Source of the DNA: Thermoleophilia bacterium
GTDB lineage: Bacteria; Actinomycetota; Thermoleophilia; BMS3ABIN01
NCBI GenBank assembly: GCA_041658605.1
Contig: JBAZZU010000003.1
Location: 23,354-87,353, forward strand
Direction: 5' to 3'
DNA length: 64,000 nt
Shown one piece after another: positions 55,280-63,777 of this stretch. Each line of letters starts with the position of its first letter. Positions within the stretch are counted from its first letter, which is position 1. The position numbers were made by a program, and so were the translations under genes. Below the pieces are notes generated by a model. That model did not search any database. It was not told the origin of the DNA and was given only the letters and a program-made list of their open reading frames with translations.

Positions 55280-55651
55280 TCATCCCTTCACCTCAATAAT
55301 CGCCTTGGCAATGGCGATCCCTTCGGAATCATGCCAGCCGGTGATACGTTCCGAAAAGTCCGCGACTGCCCAGCCGTTCAAGGGGTCGTAGCGGGTGGAA
55401 AGGAACGGGCGGTTTGTGAGTTCTCGGAGGCCTTGTAGTAGGGCGCCACGCGTGGCTCCATCGGAAAGGGCAGGATACCAACCGAGGGTGCTTCTGTTGA
55501 ACATGGTAGCACCTGCGCCGTCACCGTATGGGTGTGGTAGTGTGCCGGTGACTCGGACTTGGTTTCGCCCAAAGACCGCGAGCATCCCCTCCCGCCAGCA
55601 CTCCGGCCAGGCCCTAACGAGTTCTTGGGCTACTTCGGTTTCGTGGGTCAT
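55280..55651 (-). CDS. Hypothetical protein (123 aa)
   Basis: Start MTHETEV inside track ORF. ATGA-coupled to the upstream gene. Confidence 0.4.
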   Translation of the reverse strand: MTHETEVAQELVRAWPECWREGMLAVFGRNQVRVTGTLPHPYGDGAGATMFNRSTLGWYPALSDGATRGALLQGLRELTNRPFLSTRYDPLNGWAVADFSERITGWHDSEGIAIAKAIIEVKG

Positions 55652-55791
55652 GATTCCTCCTTGAATTCGAAATACCAAACCGTCTCGCAATGCGGGCATT
55701 TCCACGCGGGGCAACCTGCATAAACAATGTCCGTAAGCCACTCGGGGAGCACGTCCAGGCCGCAGGATGGACAGTGGAAAAGCGGAGTCAT
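55648..55791 (-). CDS. Small zinc-ribbon protein (47 aa)
   Basis: CPSCG...CPHCE. ATGA overlap at start. Confidence 0.35.
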   Translation of the reverse strand: MTPLFHCPSCGLDVLPEWLTDIVYAGCPAWKCPHCETVWYFEFKEES

Positions 55792-55961
55792 GGCCTCATC
55801 ACTCCGAAAAGCAAACCAAAGAGGCAGGAGCAAACCCAGAAGAGCCAAGCAGGTTCCTGGCCAAGGTGAATGTCGTACCCGCCGACGAGCCCGGCAAGAA
55901 GGCCAAGAAGAGGCCACCTTTTCCCGTAGGCGTATAGGGCGAGGGGGATTGCGAGGATCAC
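55788..55961 (-). CDS. Small membrane protein (57 aa, GTG start)
   Basis: GGAGGT RBS-GTG. VILAIPLALYAYGKRWPLLGLLAGLVGG...WLFWVCSCLFGLLFGV has two TM helices. GTGA and ATGA overlaps with neighbours. Absent from ORF track. Confidence 0.3.
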   Translation of the reverse strand: MILAIPLALYAYGKRWPLLGLLAGLVGGYDIHLGQEPAWLFWVCSCLFGLLFGVMRP

Positions 55962-56155
55962 GGAGTTACCTCCACAACGACATCAGCAAATTCCACCCGG
56001 TCAATCGACTGCCGGATGATGTTGGCCTGTTTCTCGGCTTCGGACGGGTCGAACCAGAGCGCTTGCCTCTTCGTCTTGGTCAGGAGAAAAGCCGGCTTTG
56101 TTGAGCGGACGAATCTCCGGAAACCGTTGGAGGAGCGGAGGAGGATGGTGGTCAT
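55958..56155 (-). CDS. Small hypothetical protein (65 aa)
   Basis: ATGA/GTGA-coupled member of the operon. Confidence 0.35.
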   Translation of the reverse strand: MTTILLRSSNGFRRFVRSTKPAFLLTKTKRQALWFDPSEAEKQANIIRQSIDRVEFADVVVEVTP

Positions 56156-56556
56156 CTCTTCCTCGCTTCCCAAGCCGCAAGAGTCGCGGGAACGTCGAAT
56201 CGCGCGCCATACGGGTACCGGTAGCCCGTCGCGCGTTGCCATGGCTGCTCATCGGAATTCCCGACTTCGCGCAGGTAGACCCGAGCCGGCGTTACCCGTG
56301 TGATAACATACTCATCCTTTGGCGCATGAATCCAGACCGGACGGGGAAGAGCCTGATCTTTCTCGGTTTGCTCCAGGCGCGCAAGTTTCGCTTGAGCCTG
56401 CGGAATCAAGCCGTCCCGGGACCATCCCATCAGGATGGAGTCGCGCCGTTCCAGGGCCTCGATGCTCATTTGATGCGCAGCGATGTTTGCCGCAATGTCA
56501 ACCCGCTCCTGTTGGAGTCGGGCTATGGTGGCACGGGCCTCTTCGATCGGGGTCAT
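56152..56556 (-). CDS. Hypothetical coiled-coil protein
   Basis: ATGA-coupled ORF. Confidence 0.45.
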   Translation of the reverse strand: MTPIEEARATIARLQQERVDIAANIAAHQMSIEALERRDSILMGWSRDGLIPQAQAKLARLEQTEKDQALPRPVWIHAPKDEYVITRVTPARVYLREVGNSDEQPWQRATGYRYPYGARFDVPATLAAWEARKR

Positions 56557-56852
56557 TTGCCCACCTCCTGAACCCGCCAGACTTCGGCGGACGGGGTCAT
56601 CTCCGCGATCTCGGTCCCCGGAAAGTTGACGCAGGCGATCCGGGTGTAGGAAACGCCGTACAAGGCCGCCAGCGCGTCCCTACGGCTCTTTGAGTTCGGG
56701 GAGCGCGTACCACGCTCCCACTCGCTGACGGTGTGAGGCGGGAGGGAGAGGGCCGTCTCTACGGCCTTCTGGGTCAGACCTGCTTCCCTGCGCAGTTGCC
56801 GCAGTCCGTAGCCGTGGCATTTTTGGAGCCAGCGATCGATGGGGTCGGTCAT
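56553..56852 (-). CDS. XRE-family HTH transcriptional regulator
   Basis: LRQLRREAGLTQKAVETALSLPPHTVSEWERG. Confidence 0.55.
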   Translation of the reverse strand: MTDPIDRWLQKCHGYGLRQLRREAGLTQKAVETALSLPPHTVSEWERGTRSPNSKSRRDALAALYGVSYTRIACVNFPGTEIAEMTPSAEVWRVQEVGK

Positions 56853-57196
56853 GGCTTCCTCACTGCCAGTCTCAACTCATCCCGCTGGATGGTCAAGGAC
56901 AGGATTTTCTCGCGGAGTCGGCCCTGCTCGACAAGGAACGACTCCACCACGCGAGCCCAGCTCTCGGAGTACGGATAGACGGAGTAGTTCACGCCGGGTT
57001 GGACTCGTTCTATAAGCGAGTGTTTCCGATCCGTTAAGCCGATGATATCGGCCTCCACTTCAATGTAGTTCGGATGCCGTTCCATCCGGGTGATTTCCCC
57101 GATCCACCATCCTTCTGGATGGTTGACCGAGTCCACTTCGATGATGCACTTCTGCCCTACCTTGGGCGTTTCTTCGGATTTCCATTGACCGGACAT
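56849..57196 (-). CDS. Hypothetical protein (115 aa)
   Basis: Start MSGQWKS. The upstream Arg-rich part of the track ORF is rejected. AAGGAG formed by the upstream stop region. Confidence 0.4.
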   Translation of the reverse strand: MSGQWKSEETPKVGQKCIIEVDSVNHPEGWWIGEITRMERHPNYIEVEADIIGLTDRKHSLIERVQPGVNYSVYPYSESWARVVESFLVEQGRLREKILSLTIQRDELRLAVRKP

Positions 57197-57198
57197 TT

Positions 57199-57576
57199 CT
57201 ACTCCTTCACGATCGCACCGGATTCCCGGAGCATCCGGGCGGCGGCGGCGAGGGTGACCGTGGAACCGCTCCGATCGCATCGCAGTTCCGACTGCCCGAT
57301 GGTGGTTGGCGCGGCTTCGACGAGGTTCTTGGCCTCCATGAGACCGATGCCGGTCAACTCGCGGATCGCCTTGATGACGTTGATCTTGTTCTCGCCCCAT
57401 GAGACGAGGAGGATCGCGTCGCCGGGAATGGGCACGTCCATCTTGGAGAGAGTCGCGGTCTTCTCTGCGATGGCGCCGCGGAGTATCTCCGCTCGCGTCA
57501 ACGCATCGCGGCCGATCCGCTCCAGTTCCTCCGCTCTCGCGCGGAGTACTTCGATTTCCTGTTTCAATCGTTCCAT
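57199..57576 (-). CDS. Ribosomal protein bL12 (L7/L12) C-terminal-domain homolog
   Basis: GENKINVIKAIRELTGIGLMEAKNLVEAAP...RESGAIVKE aligns with E. coli L7/L12 CTD ([29 protein letters not shown]...EEAGAEVEVK). Strong SD AAGGAAG. Confidence 0.6.
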   Translation of the reverse strand: MERLKQEIEVLRARAEELERIGRDALTRAEILRGAIAEKTATLSKMDVPIPGDAILLVSWGENKINVIKAIRELTGIGLMEAKNLVEAAPTTIGQSELRCDRSGSTVTLAAAARMLRESGAIVKE

Positions 57577-57597
57577 GTTTCACTTCCTTTCCTCTCT

Positions 57598-57626
57598 GTC
57601 ATACCCGGTTAGCGAGAGTCTGTCAA
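57598..57626 (-). promoter_or_regulatory. Sigma70-type promoter upstream of the bL12-like gene
   Basis: Perfect -35 TTGACA, 17-nt spacer, -10 TATGAC on the minus strand, ~20 nt upstream of the start. Confidence 0.45.
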
Positions 57627-57647
57627 CGCGATTCCGTGGAATACTTC

Positions 57648-57896
57648 TCACCAGGGGATAGAACCACGATACCAAGCCACTTTCCCGCGAGTCGGCACGC
57701 CGAGGATCAAGGTGAGAGGATCGCCACGGGACCATGGCCAGGCCACGACGCAAGCGGCGGATCCCTTCGGCAAGGTCCCGAGATACCGGCTTACATCGGG
57801 TAGAATCATCTCCCCGGAGTAGAGGAGGATCGCCACGTCTTCGGCTCGGCAAGGCGATAACTGCGCCTCGCCGACTTTGGCGCGGTCGCTAATCAC
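57648..57896 (-). CDS. Small hypothetical protein
   Basis: ORF coupled to the helicase stop. Confidence 0.3.
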   Translation of the reverse strand: MISDRAKVGEAQLSPCRAEDVAILLYSGEMILPDVSRYLGTLPKGSAACVVAWPWSRGDPLTLILGVPTRGKVAWYRGSIPW

Positions 57897-59875
57897 CGAC
57901 GAAACCCCACAATCTGCGAAATAGTTGTTTCTCGCCGTTCTATGGCTCGGCAGTCCACCGCGCGGAGACCAGGATGGCTCGTTAGCCCTGTCGGCTTCCC
58001 TTCCCTAAAGGTTTTCGTCCATACCTTCGGCTTTTTCCAGGCGTCGGGAGCGCTCTTTCGGCACGTCTGACAGAACCAGAATAGCCGATCGGAGAGGACG
58101 TAAGGCGAGCCGCAAGAGCAGGTATCGTGCCGCCAGTCCTGCACGCGGGCACGGGATGAGGCGGCCTCGATCAAGATGTCCACCTCGCCCTTCGTCATAG
58201 CCGAGAAGTCACGTTTCAACCCGAGACCGGAAAGGCGCTTGATATCCGCCGGAGTAGCCGGTTTCCCCTTCCAGTCTTCGGCCGTCGCACCGCGCACTTT
58301 CCTATCCAAAAGCCACTTCTGCCCGAATCGGATAGCCTCGCCCTTGTCGGTGAACGTGCCGATCTTTGTAGGATCCTCCTTGTTCAGGATGGACCAGACT
58401 TCAAACCGATCGCATATATGCACGGTCCATCGGTCCTTTTCCGAGGAACCGTATGGAGTACCAGCAAAGAGACCGGACGGGGCGGCCCGATCCGACAAGC
58501 CGGAAGCCGTCCATGTCTTCTGGTACTCGTAAAAGCCGATATCTTCCGTCGCTTTCTGGCCACCGAGGAGGAAGATTTCGTAAGACTTGACGCCTGATAT
58601 CCGGGGCTCGATCGTCAGAAGTTCTGGCGTATCAAGCAGGGTTTGCTTCGGGCGGTCAAGTTCGGAAAGGGGGTGTTTTGAACGGGCGGTCTTCCACTGG
58701 ACGCTCGCGATCCGCTCTTCGATGGCCTCGATACATCCGATACCCTGGTCTTCATGGTGGCGACGAACACATAGATCGCCGGGTTTCCACTCCCTTTTCT
58801 CGGTTGGCGAGGTGCGGGAGAGGTCAACCAGATCGGAGAGGTCAAGAGGGCAGCCGTTGTCCACGAGGTCAATGAAAAGGGCGTCGGGCTTACCTTTCCG
58901 CAATGAACGTCCGAGCATCTGGACGAAGACGATCCGGGATTGAGTCGGCCTGGCCTTGAGGATCGCCGCGCAGTTCGGGGCGTCGAATCCCTCCCGGATG
59001 AGGTCCACGGAAACGACCACGGGGATAGCGCCAACCTTGAAGCCATCTACTACCGCGCGACGGTCTTTCATCGCTCCCCAGGCCGCCCGGGCCGGAATAC
59101 CGGCCTCCTGGAAGGCCTCGGTAAGGTGCTGCGCGTGCTCGACCGTGACCGCAAAGACGAGGGTCGGGCGAGCTCCGCAACGGGAAAGGTACTGCTCGAC
59201 CACCAGCCGGTTACGGTCTGGCGTGTCGATGGCCTTGGCGAGGTCCACCGCCTGCCAGTCGTCGCCGATCGTGCGAACCGAGGAGAGATCGATGGAGGTC
59301 TTGACCCGGAAGGATTGGAGTTGGCAGAGGTCGCCGTTCTCGATCGCTTCACGGATCCCGTACTCGTAGACTACCGCCTGGAACACGTCGCCCAGGCCAG
59401 ACGTTCCGCCTTTCGGGGCGCTGCGGAAGGGGGTCGCGGTCATGCCCACCGTCTTACATGCGAAGTGGTCAATAATCCTTTTTCGGGACGGCGCTGTGTA
59501 GTGGTGCACCTCGTCCGGCAAGAGAAGATCGATTTTCGGCGCGGTCGCCAGTCGCTTGGGGGTCAGGGATTGCGCGGACGCCACAATGATCGGGCCGGTC
59601 CAATCGTCCAGTTTCGCCATTACAATGGAGCATTTTCCGATCCGGGCGATCCGGTTGGCAAGGTCGGTTACCAGTTCCTCCCGCTCCGTCGTGATTAGGA
59701 CGCGCTTTCCTTTGTCGGCGGCGGCTTGGGCGATGCCGGAGATTAGATTCCCTTTTCCCGTTCCAGTTGCGGCGCTGATAATGATCCGGTCCCAGGTTTT
59801 GAGTCCGGATCGGGCGGCTTGGAAGGCCTCTTCCTGCCACTTTCTTGGGGGTTGGTTCGGGGGGTGGGGGAACAT
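57893..59875 (-). CDS. SF2 DEAD/DEAH-box helicase (Res-subunit-like)
   Basis: Walker A AATGTGKG, LLPDEVHH (DEVH), MTATP motif III, helicase-C region with QMLGRSLR. C-terminal Cys cluster. Confidence 0.7.
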   Translation of the reverse strand: MFPHPPNQPPRKWQEEAFQAARSGLKTWDRIIISAATGTGKGNLISGIAQAAADKGKRVLITTEREELVTDLANRIARIGKCSIVMAKLDDWTGPIIVASAQSLTPKRLATAPKIDLLLPDEVHHYTAPSRKRIIDHFACKTVGMTATPFRSAPKGGTSGLGDVFQAVVYEYGIREAIENGDLCQLQSFRVKTSIDLSSVRTIGDDWQAVDLAKAIDTPDRNRLVVEQYLSRCGARPTLVFAVTVEHAQHLTEAFQEAGIPARAAWGAMKDRRAVVDGFKVGAIPVVVSVDLIREGFDAPNCAAILKARPTQSRIVFVQMLGRSLRKGKPDALFIDLVDNGCPLDLSDLVDLSRTSPTEKREWKPGDLCVRRHHEDQGIGCIEAIEERIASVQWKTARSKHPLSELDRPKQTLLDTPELLTIEPRISGVKSYEIFLLGGQKATEDIGFYEYQKTWTASGLSDRAAPSGLFAGTPYGSSEKDRWTVHICDRFEVWSILNKEDPTKIGTFTDKGEAIRFGQKWLLDRKVRGATAEDWKGKPATPADIKRLSGLGLKRDFSAMTKGEVDILIEAASSRARVQDWRHDTCSCGSPYVLSDRLFWFCQTCRKSAPDAWKKPKVWTKTFREGKPTGLTSHPGLRAVDCRAIERRETTISQIVGFRR

Positions 59876-59886
59876 GTAAGCAATCC

Positions 59887-60339
59887 TTACAGGTTCACGC
59901 GCCGGATCATCTCGGCTTCAATGCGCTTGATAAGTTGCCACTTCGTTCCAACGTGGTCCACTCCGATCGATTGGGCCGCCTTGACGACTTCGGCCTTCGG
60001 GTCGTTGTAGGTGACTTTCCGCCCGTACAACGCGCCAAACTTGAGCCACGCCCGTTCCTTGATTTCGTACTGGCGATCCTGTTCTTCCTTCCTCTCCTGC
60101 TCTTCCTTGGCTCTTTGTGAGGCCAACTTTTCCCGGATCGCCGTCTCGTCTATCTCCAGGGGCCGGCGCCATGCCCAGACCGGATCGGGTTCGAGCCGGA
60201 TGACCGCCACGGGTTCCCACGCGCTTAACGCTGCCATGCCTTCGGGGAGCGGTGGGAGATCCTCTTCTGCTGACGCCGTTCCTATTTGCCACTTGTCGAT
60301 TTGCATATGAAGTTCCAGGGAGAGTTTGGGGGTTGGCAT
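59887..60339 (-). CDS. Hypothetical protein with C-terminal HeH/Rho-N-like motif
   Basis: KAAQSIGVDHVGTKWQLIKRIEA. Start taken at internal MPTPK to avoid overlap. Confidence 0.35.
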   Translation of the reverse strand: MPTPKLSLELHMQIDKWQIGTASAEEDLPPLPEGMAALSAWEPVAVIRLEPDPVWAWRRPLEIDETAIREKLASQRAKEEQERKEEQDRQYEIKERAWLKFGALYGRKVTYNDPKAEVVKAAQSIGVDHVGTKWQLIKRIEAEMIRRVNL

Positions 60340-60343
60340 GGGT

Positions 60344-60739
60344 TCACGGTTTGGGAATGAAGAAAGGATCATCCCATGGCGGATAGGAAACGACAGGAAT
60401 CCCCTTCGCCCGCGCAAACGCGACTTCCGTTTCCAACCCGGCGGATACCTCCATCGGCGCGCATCTCCAAACGGCATCGCAGACTGCCACAAGCGCAAGG
60501 TCCCGAGAGATGTAAAAGCCCTGTGGATCCTTGGGATTCGTGAGTCCCGCTTCGTGCATCAGGTGATGGTGGATCCATGAGACCACCACGAACCCGCTAT
60601 TTGTTGCGAGCGCGCAGAAGGCCAGGTATCGGCGGATATTGCGCTCCTTGTTGCCCCATTCCGGGGAGCCGTCGCCTTGTAGGGGGTGGGCTATGTAGAT
60701 TAGGGGGCCGGGGTGGGGGTTCATCTTGCGTGCTCCCAT
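60344..60739 (-). CDS. Nucleoside 2-deoxyribosyltransferase-like (DUF1937/DUF4406-type) protein candidate
   Basis: PLIYIAHPLQGDG...VVSWIH pattern reminiscent of the family. Weak call. Confidence 0.3.
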   Translation of the reverse strand: MGARKMNPHPGPLIYIAHPLQGDGSPEWGNKERNIRRYLAFCALATNSGFVVVSWIHHHLMHEAGLTNPKDPQGFYISRDLALVAVCDAVWRCAPMEVSAGLETEVAFARAKGIPVVSYPPWDDPFFIPKP

Positions 60740-61749
60740 TCAATCCATTGTTTCAGCACGAGCCCGACAGCATGAGCGACGGGAGGCACTACGGCGTTCC
60801 CGAGCGCACAGATTTTCGCCGCGTGGACTCTGGCGGGGGTCCATCCGGACGGCTTGACGCTTCCGTCCATCCAATCGGGAATCCCATGAACGCCTCGCAC
60901 CAGGGGATCGAAAGGCGATGCCCCGGACCACGGAGCCGCCTCATCTCCCGCCCGACACTCGCGGTCCCCTGCTCCGTCCCCGCTTTCCAGTCTGCCGACA
61001 TGAGCGTCGGTAGCAGTTCGGATCGCGGAGTCGAGCCAATCCGCAAAGCGGGGAGCAGGCTCATGTGATGCAGATCCCCTCCCGCCCCGCATCGTTCCCC
61101 ATCGCTCGCTCGAAGCGTCGGCAGCAGCCCGCGCTGCGCCTTCGTGGTTCGCCCTTCCTTGGGGCGTCGGGATCCGCCCATCTCCGATGCCGTCAGGGTC
61201 GGTAGCAGTTCCGTCCGCAGGTCGCGCCCACGTTGCGGCGCAGCGGGCCTGATTCCCCCGGTCCCCATCGCTGAGCACAGAGTCGGCAAGAGCGAGAACA
61301 AACCCTCTTGACCGCTCGTGTCTGGCTCCCACGTCACAGGCCCGCACGCGCAGGACAGGACTGGTCCGATAGCCGAGATCTGCAAGTCCGCCCCGCACCA
61401 CGGGCACCCACGTCTTCTTGGCATTCCAGACGTTCTCGACGACGACAGCGCGAGGTCTGGCTTCTCGGATGACTCGAAGCATCTCGAACCAGAGACCCGA
61501 TCGGGCTCCGTCGAAGCCGGCTTTTCGGCCAGCGGTGGACAAGTCCTGGCAAGGGAATCCGCCGCAAATAACATCTGCTGAGACATCTCGAAGCTCCTTG
61601 ATGTCCGGGTAAATCGGACAGTTCCAATGCGCTCGAAGGACCGAGCGACAAAATGCATCGGCCTCGCATTGCCAGGCGACGGGGCCGAATCCCGCGAGTT
61701 CAAGGCCCATTTCGAGCCCGCCTATGCCGCTGAACAGGGAGCCGATCAT
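60721..61749 (-). CDS. DNA (cytosine-5)-methyltransferase
   Basis: Motif I FSGIGG, motif IV GGFPCQDLS, motif VI ENV, motif X-like GNAVVPPV. ~150-aa Gly/Asp/Arg-rich variable region. Confidence 0.8.
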   Translation of the reverse strand: MIGSLFSGIGGLEMGLELAGFGPVAWQCEADAFCRSVLRAHWNCPIYPDIKELRDVSADVICGGFPCQDLSTAGRKAGFDGARSGLWFEMLRVIREARPRAVVVENVWNAKKTWVPVVRGGLADLGYRTSPVLRVRACDVGARHERSRGFVLALADSVLSDGDRGNQARCAATWARPADGTATDPDGIGDGRIPTPQGRANHEGAARAAADASSERWGTMRGGRGSASHEPAPRFADWLDSAIRTATDAHVGRLESGDGAGDRECRAGDEAAPWSGASPFDPLVRGVHGIPDWMDGSVKPSGWTPARVHAAKICALGNAVVPPVAHAVGLVLKQWIEWEHAR

Positions 61750-62048
61750 CCCGTCATCCTCCCCAAAACCAAACCCGCCAGCACAAGAGCCTCACGCGAA
61801 ACCTCGTCCAATCCGTCCCGACGTGCATAGACGGCCAAGTCAAGCGCCTCCTGGAGTCCGTCCTTGAGCCCGCGACCGTCGCCGTAGGGAAGCGGCTTAC
61901 CGTGCTTCTCGATGCCCATGAGCCGGCGTTCGATGCAGACATCTCGAAGCAAACCTTGGGGCATTTCGTCGATGATGTCCTGCCAAACGTCGCCTTCCCC
62001 TTGGTTGGAGCCTACGGGGAGGGTGGTTACGAGGTCACGCACGTTCAT
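61746..62048 (-). CDS. Hypothetical protein (100 aa)
   Basis: ATGA-coupled to the C5-methyltransferase. Confidence 0.4.
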   Translation of the reverse strand: MNVRDLVTTLPVGSNQGEGDVWQDIIDEMPQGLLRDVCIERRLMGIEKHGKPLPYGDGRGLKDGLQEALDLAVYARRDGLDEVSREALVLAGLVLGRMTG

Positions 62049-62616
62049 TGAACACCTCCGGACAAGCCTTGACCAGTTCAGCGCGAACGAGAACCATCAA
62101 GGCGCGCATCTGCGGGTGAGTCGCCGGGGCCTCGCGGAGGGACAGGACATGGAGCCATTCCCGGAAGTTGCACGTCATCACGATCTCGGTCTTGAGACCG
62201 TTTGGCAGGAAGTACCGGGCTTGCTGGGGAGTCCTACCGCGCGCGAGGCACCTGGAATAGTGGCGTTCGATGGCTGCGAGGAGAATCCGATCGGCGTCAT
62301 CAAGGTCGAAGTCCACGGGGGCGATAAAACGGATCGAGTCGCGGTAGTTGCAGTATCGCGTTGACTCCTGCGAGTAGGCCGCGATCCTGTGCCTCACCAG
62401 TTCATGCGTCACGCCCCGATCGGTAACGATCCGGATCGTGGCGCTTGCGTGCTCCAACACGGACAGGTGCCCGCGCCGCATGAGCATGGCGATGAAAGGG
62501 GCGGTTGACTCCGGGTTTCCGGTACTTTGGTAGCAGGTGCGCCCGGCGGACTCGATGAGCCGAGCCGATTCGGGAGTCACGGAAAGAAGTTCGGCAGACT
62601 GATTGACTACTTGCAT
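62035..62616 (-). CDS. thyX: Flavin-dependent thymidylate synthase ThyX
   Basis: ThyX signature RHRxxxxxxxS present as VRHRIAAYSQESTRY, plus surrounding HELVRHR block. Confidence 0.7.
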   Translation of the reverse strand: MQVVNQSAELLSVTPESARLIESAGRTCYQSTGNPESTAPFIAMLMRRGHLSVLEHASATIRIVTDRGVTHELVRHRIAAYSQESTRYCNYRDSIRFIAPVDFDLDDADRILLAAIERHYSRCLARGRTPQQARYFLPNGLKTEIVMTCNFREWLHVLSLREAPATHPQMRALMVLVRAELVKACPEVFNERA

Positions 62617-62876
62617 GGGCGCTCCAGAAAAAACATAGCCGCGTCCTGGACATCGGGAGGCATGGCCTGGTTGATGAAGTACCGTGCGATGGTCTGCCCG
62701 TTCACCATCGGATCGGTGGAACGGACGGGCTTATGCGCGCGCACGGCGTCAATGATTTCGCGCCAGGGCCGCATCCACTCCGCGCACCCAAGGCAAAGAC
62801 CGCCGGGGGAGGTCAGGCAGTCTGGGCAGAGTTGGCTTGGGGGTTGGAGTTCGGTCATGGGTTCACCGCGAGCCAT
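62607..62876 (-). CDS. Small Cys-containing hypothetical protein
   Basis: CPDC...CLGC. Confidence 0.35.
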   Translation of the reverse strand: MARGEPMTELQPPSQLCPDCLTSPGGLCLGCAEWMRPWREIIDAVRAHKPVRSTDPMVNGQTIARYFINQAMPPDVQDAAMFFLERPCK

Positions 62877-63310
62877 TCAGAGACGAGGGCTTCGGGGTTG
62901 TCACGAAGGGCGAGCCAGTAACTGCGTTTCGCATCGGGCAAGAAATGTTCGATATCTTGCTCGTACCATCCCTCACCCATCCACTTTTCTTGCCCATCAG
63001 GAAAGCGCACATAGATAGCTGTGTTGCTAAAGTGATCCGGCCCTTTGTACCGGTGGCTCCATCGTTTGTCCCACTCCATCCCACTCCTCACCAGCCAATC
63101 GCGGGTCTCGGGGCGGGTTGGGTCGGAGAGGAGGCGGGTGGAGGCGTCTATCCAGTTTTTCCGAATATCCTCCTCTACATCTTCCCATTCCCGGGCGTAC
63201 TTTCGAGCCACATCGCAAGTATCGATCAAAGCTTGAAAGAACTCGACGGCTCGTCTTTCCGCCTCTTCGCGGACCTTGGGGTGATTCAGGAGTCGGGGGT
63301 CGGGGGTCAT
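62855..63310 (-). CDS. Hypothetical protein
   Basis: Operon context. Confidence 0.4.
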   Translation of the reverse strand: MTPDPRLLNHPKVREEAERRAVEFFQALIDTCDVARKYAREWEDVEEDIRKNWIDASTRLLSDPTRPETRDWLVRSGMEWDKRWSHRYKGPDHFSNTAIYVRFPDGQEKWMGEGWYEQDIEHFLPDAKRSYWLALRDNPEALVSEWLAVNP

Positions 63311-63777
63311 TTTCCAATCTCCTCATCCGGGTCCATGCCATGTTCTCGGCAAAGTTCTTGCGCCGTCGTCGAACCGGTTCCAAGGGCGTTCCGGACGTGC
63401 GCCCACCTTGGCCCCCTCTTTGTCTTTCGGCCGGCGTTATGGACCGCTCCCCATAGAAGTTTCCTATCCACTTCCTCGATCTTCCGGAGCCTCCTCACCT
63501 CCTCAATGAGCGCTCGGAGGTCTTCGGGGGCGTGGGCGATGAGCGAGGCGTTTGCATAGCTTTCCGATTTTGACCGGTCAACCGAACCGTTCGGAATGAT
63601 CGCCCAATGTTGCGGCGGGTTCGGATCAAGTAGATAGGTTCCAAGGATGCACTTGGTTGGTACTTCGGCGATTTCGTACCCGTCGGATCCGATAACCGAG
63701 TCGCATTCGCCGGTCCACGGCCCCCGAGTCGCGGCCTTGAGCCGGTCTTCGATGGCCTGGAGTTGTTCGGGGGTCAT
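63307..63777 (-). CDS. Hypothetical protein (Ead/Ea22-like N-terminus)
   Basis: MTPEQLQAIEDRLKAATRGPW N-terminal pattern common in phage early proteins. Confidence 0.35.
   Translation of the reverse strand: MTPEQLQAIEDRLKAATRGPWTGECDSVIGSDGYEIAEVPTKCILGTYLLDPNPPQHWAIIPNGSVDRSKSESYANASLIAHAPEDLRALIEEVRRLRKIEEVDRKLLWGAVHNAGRKTKRGPRWAHVRNALGTGSTTAQELCREHGMDPDEEIGK

Noticed and set aside
56849-57583. 244-aa track ORF overlapping the bL12-like gene in another frame.
   Set aside because: Its N-terminal 129 aa are Arg/His/Pro-rich nonsense overlapping the well-supported bL12 homolog. Only the C-terminal 115 aa from MSGQWKS (56849..57196) are retained.
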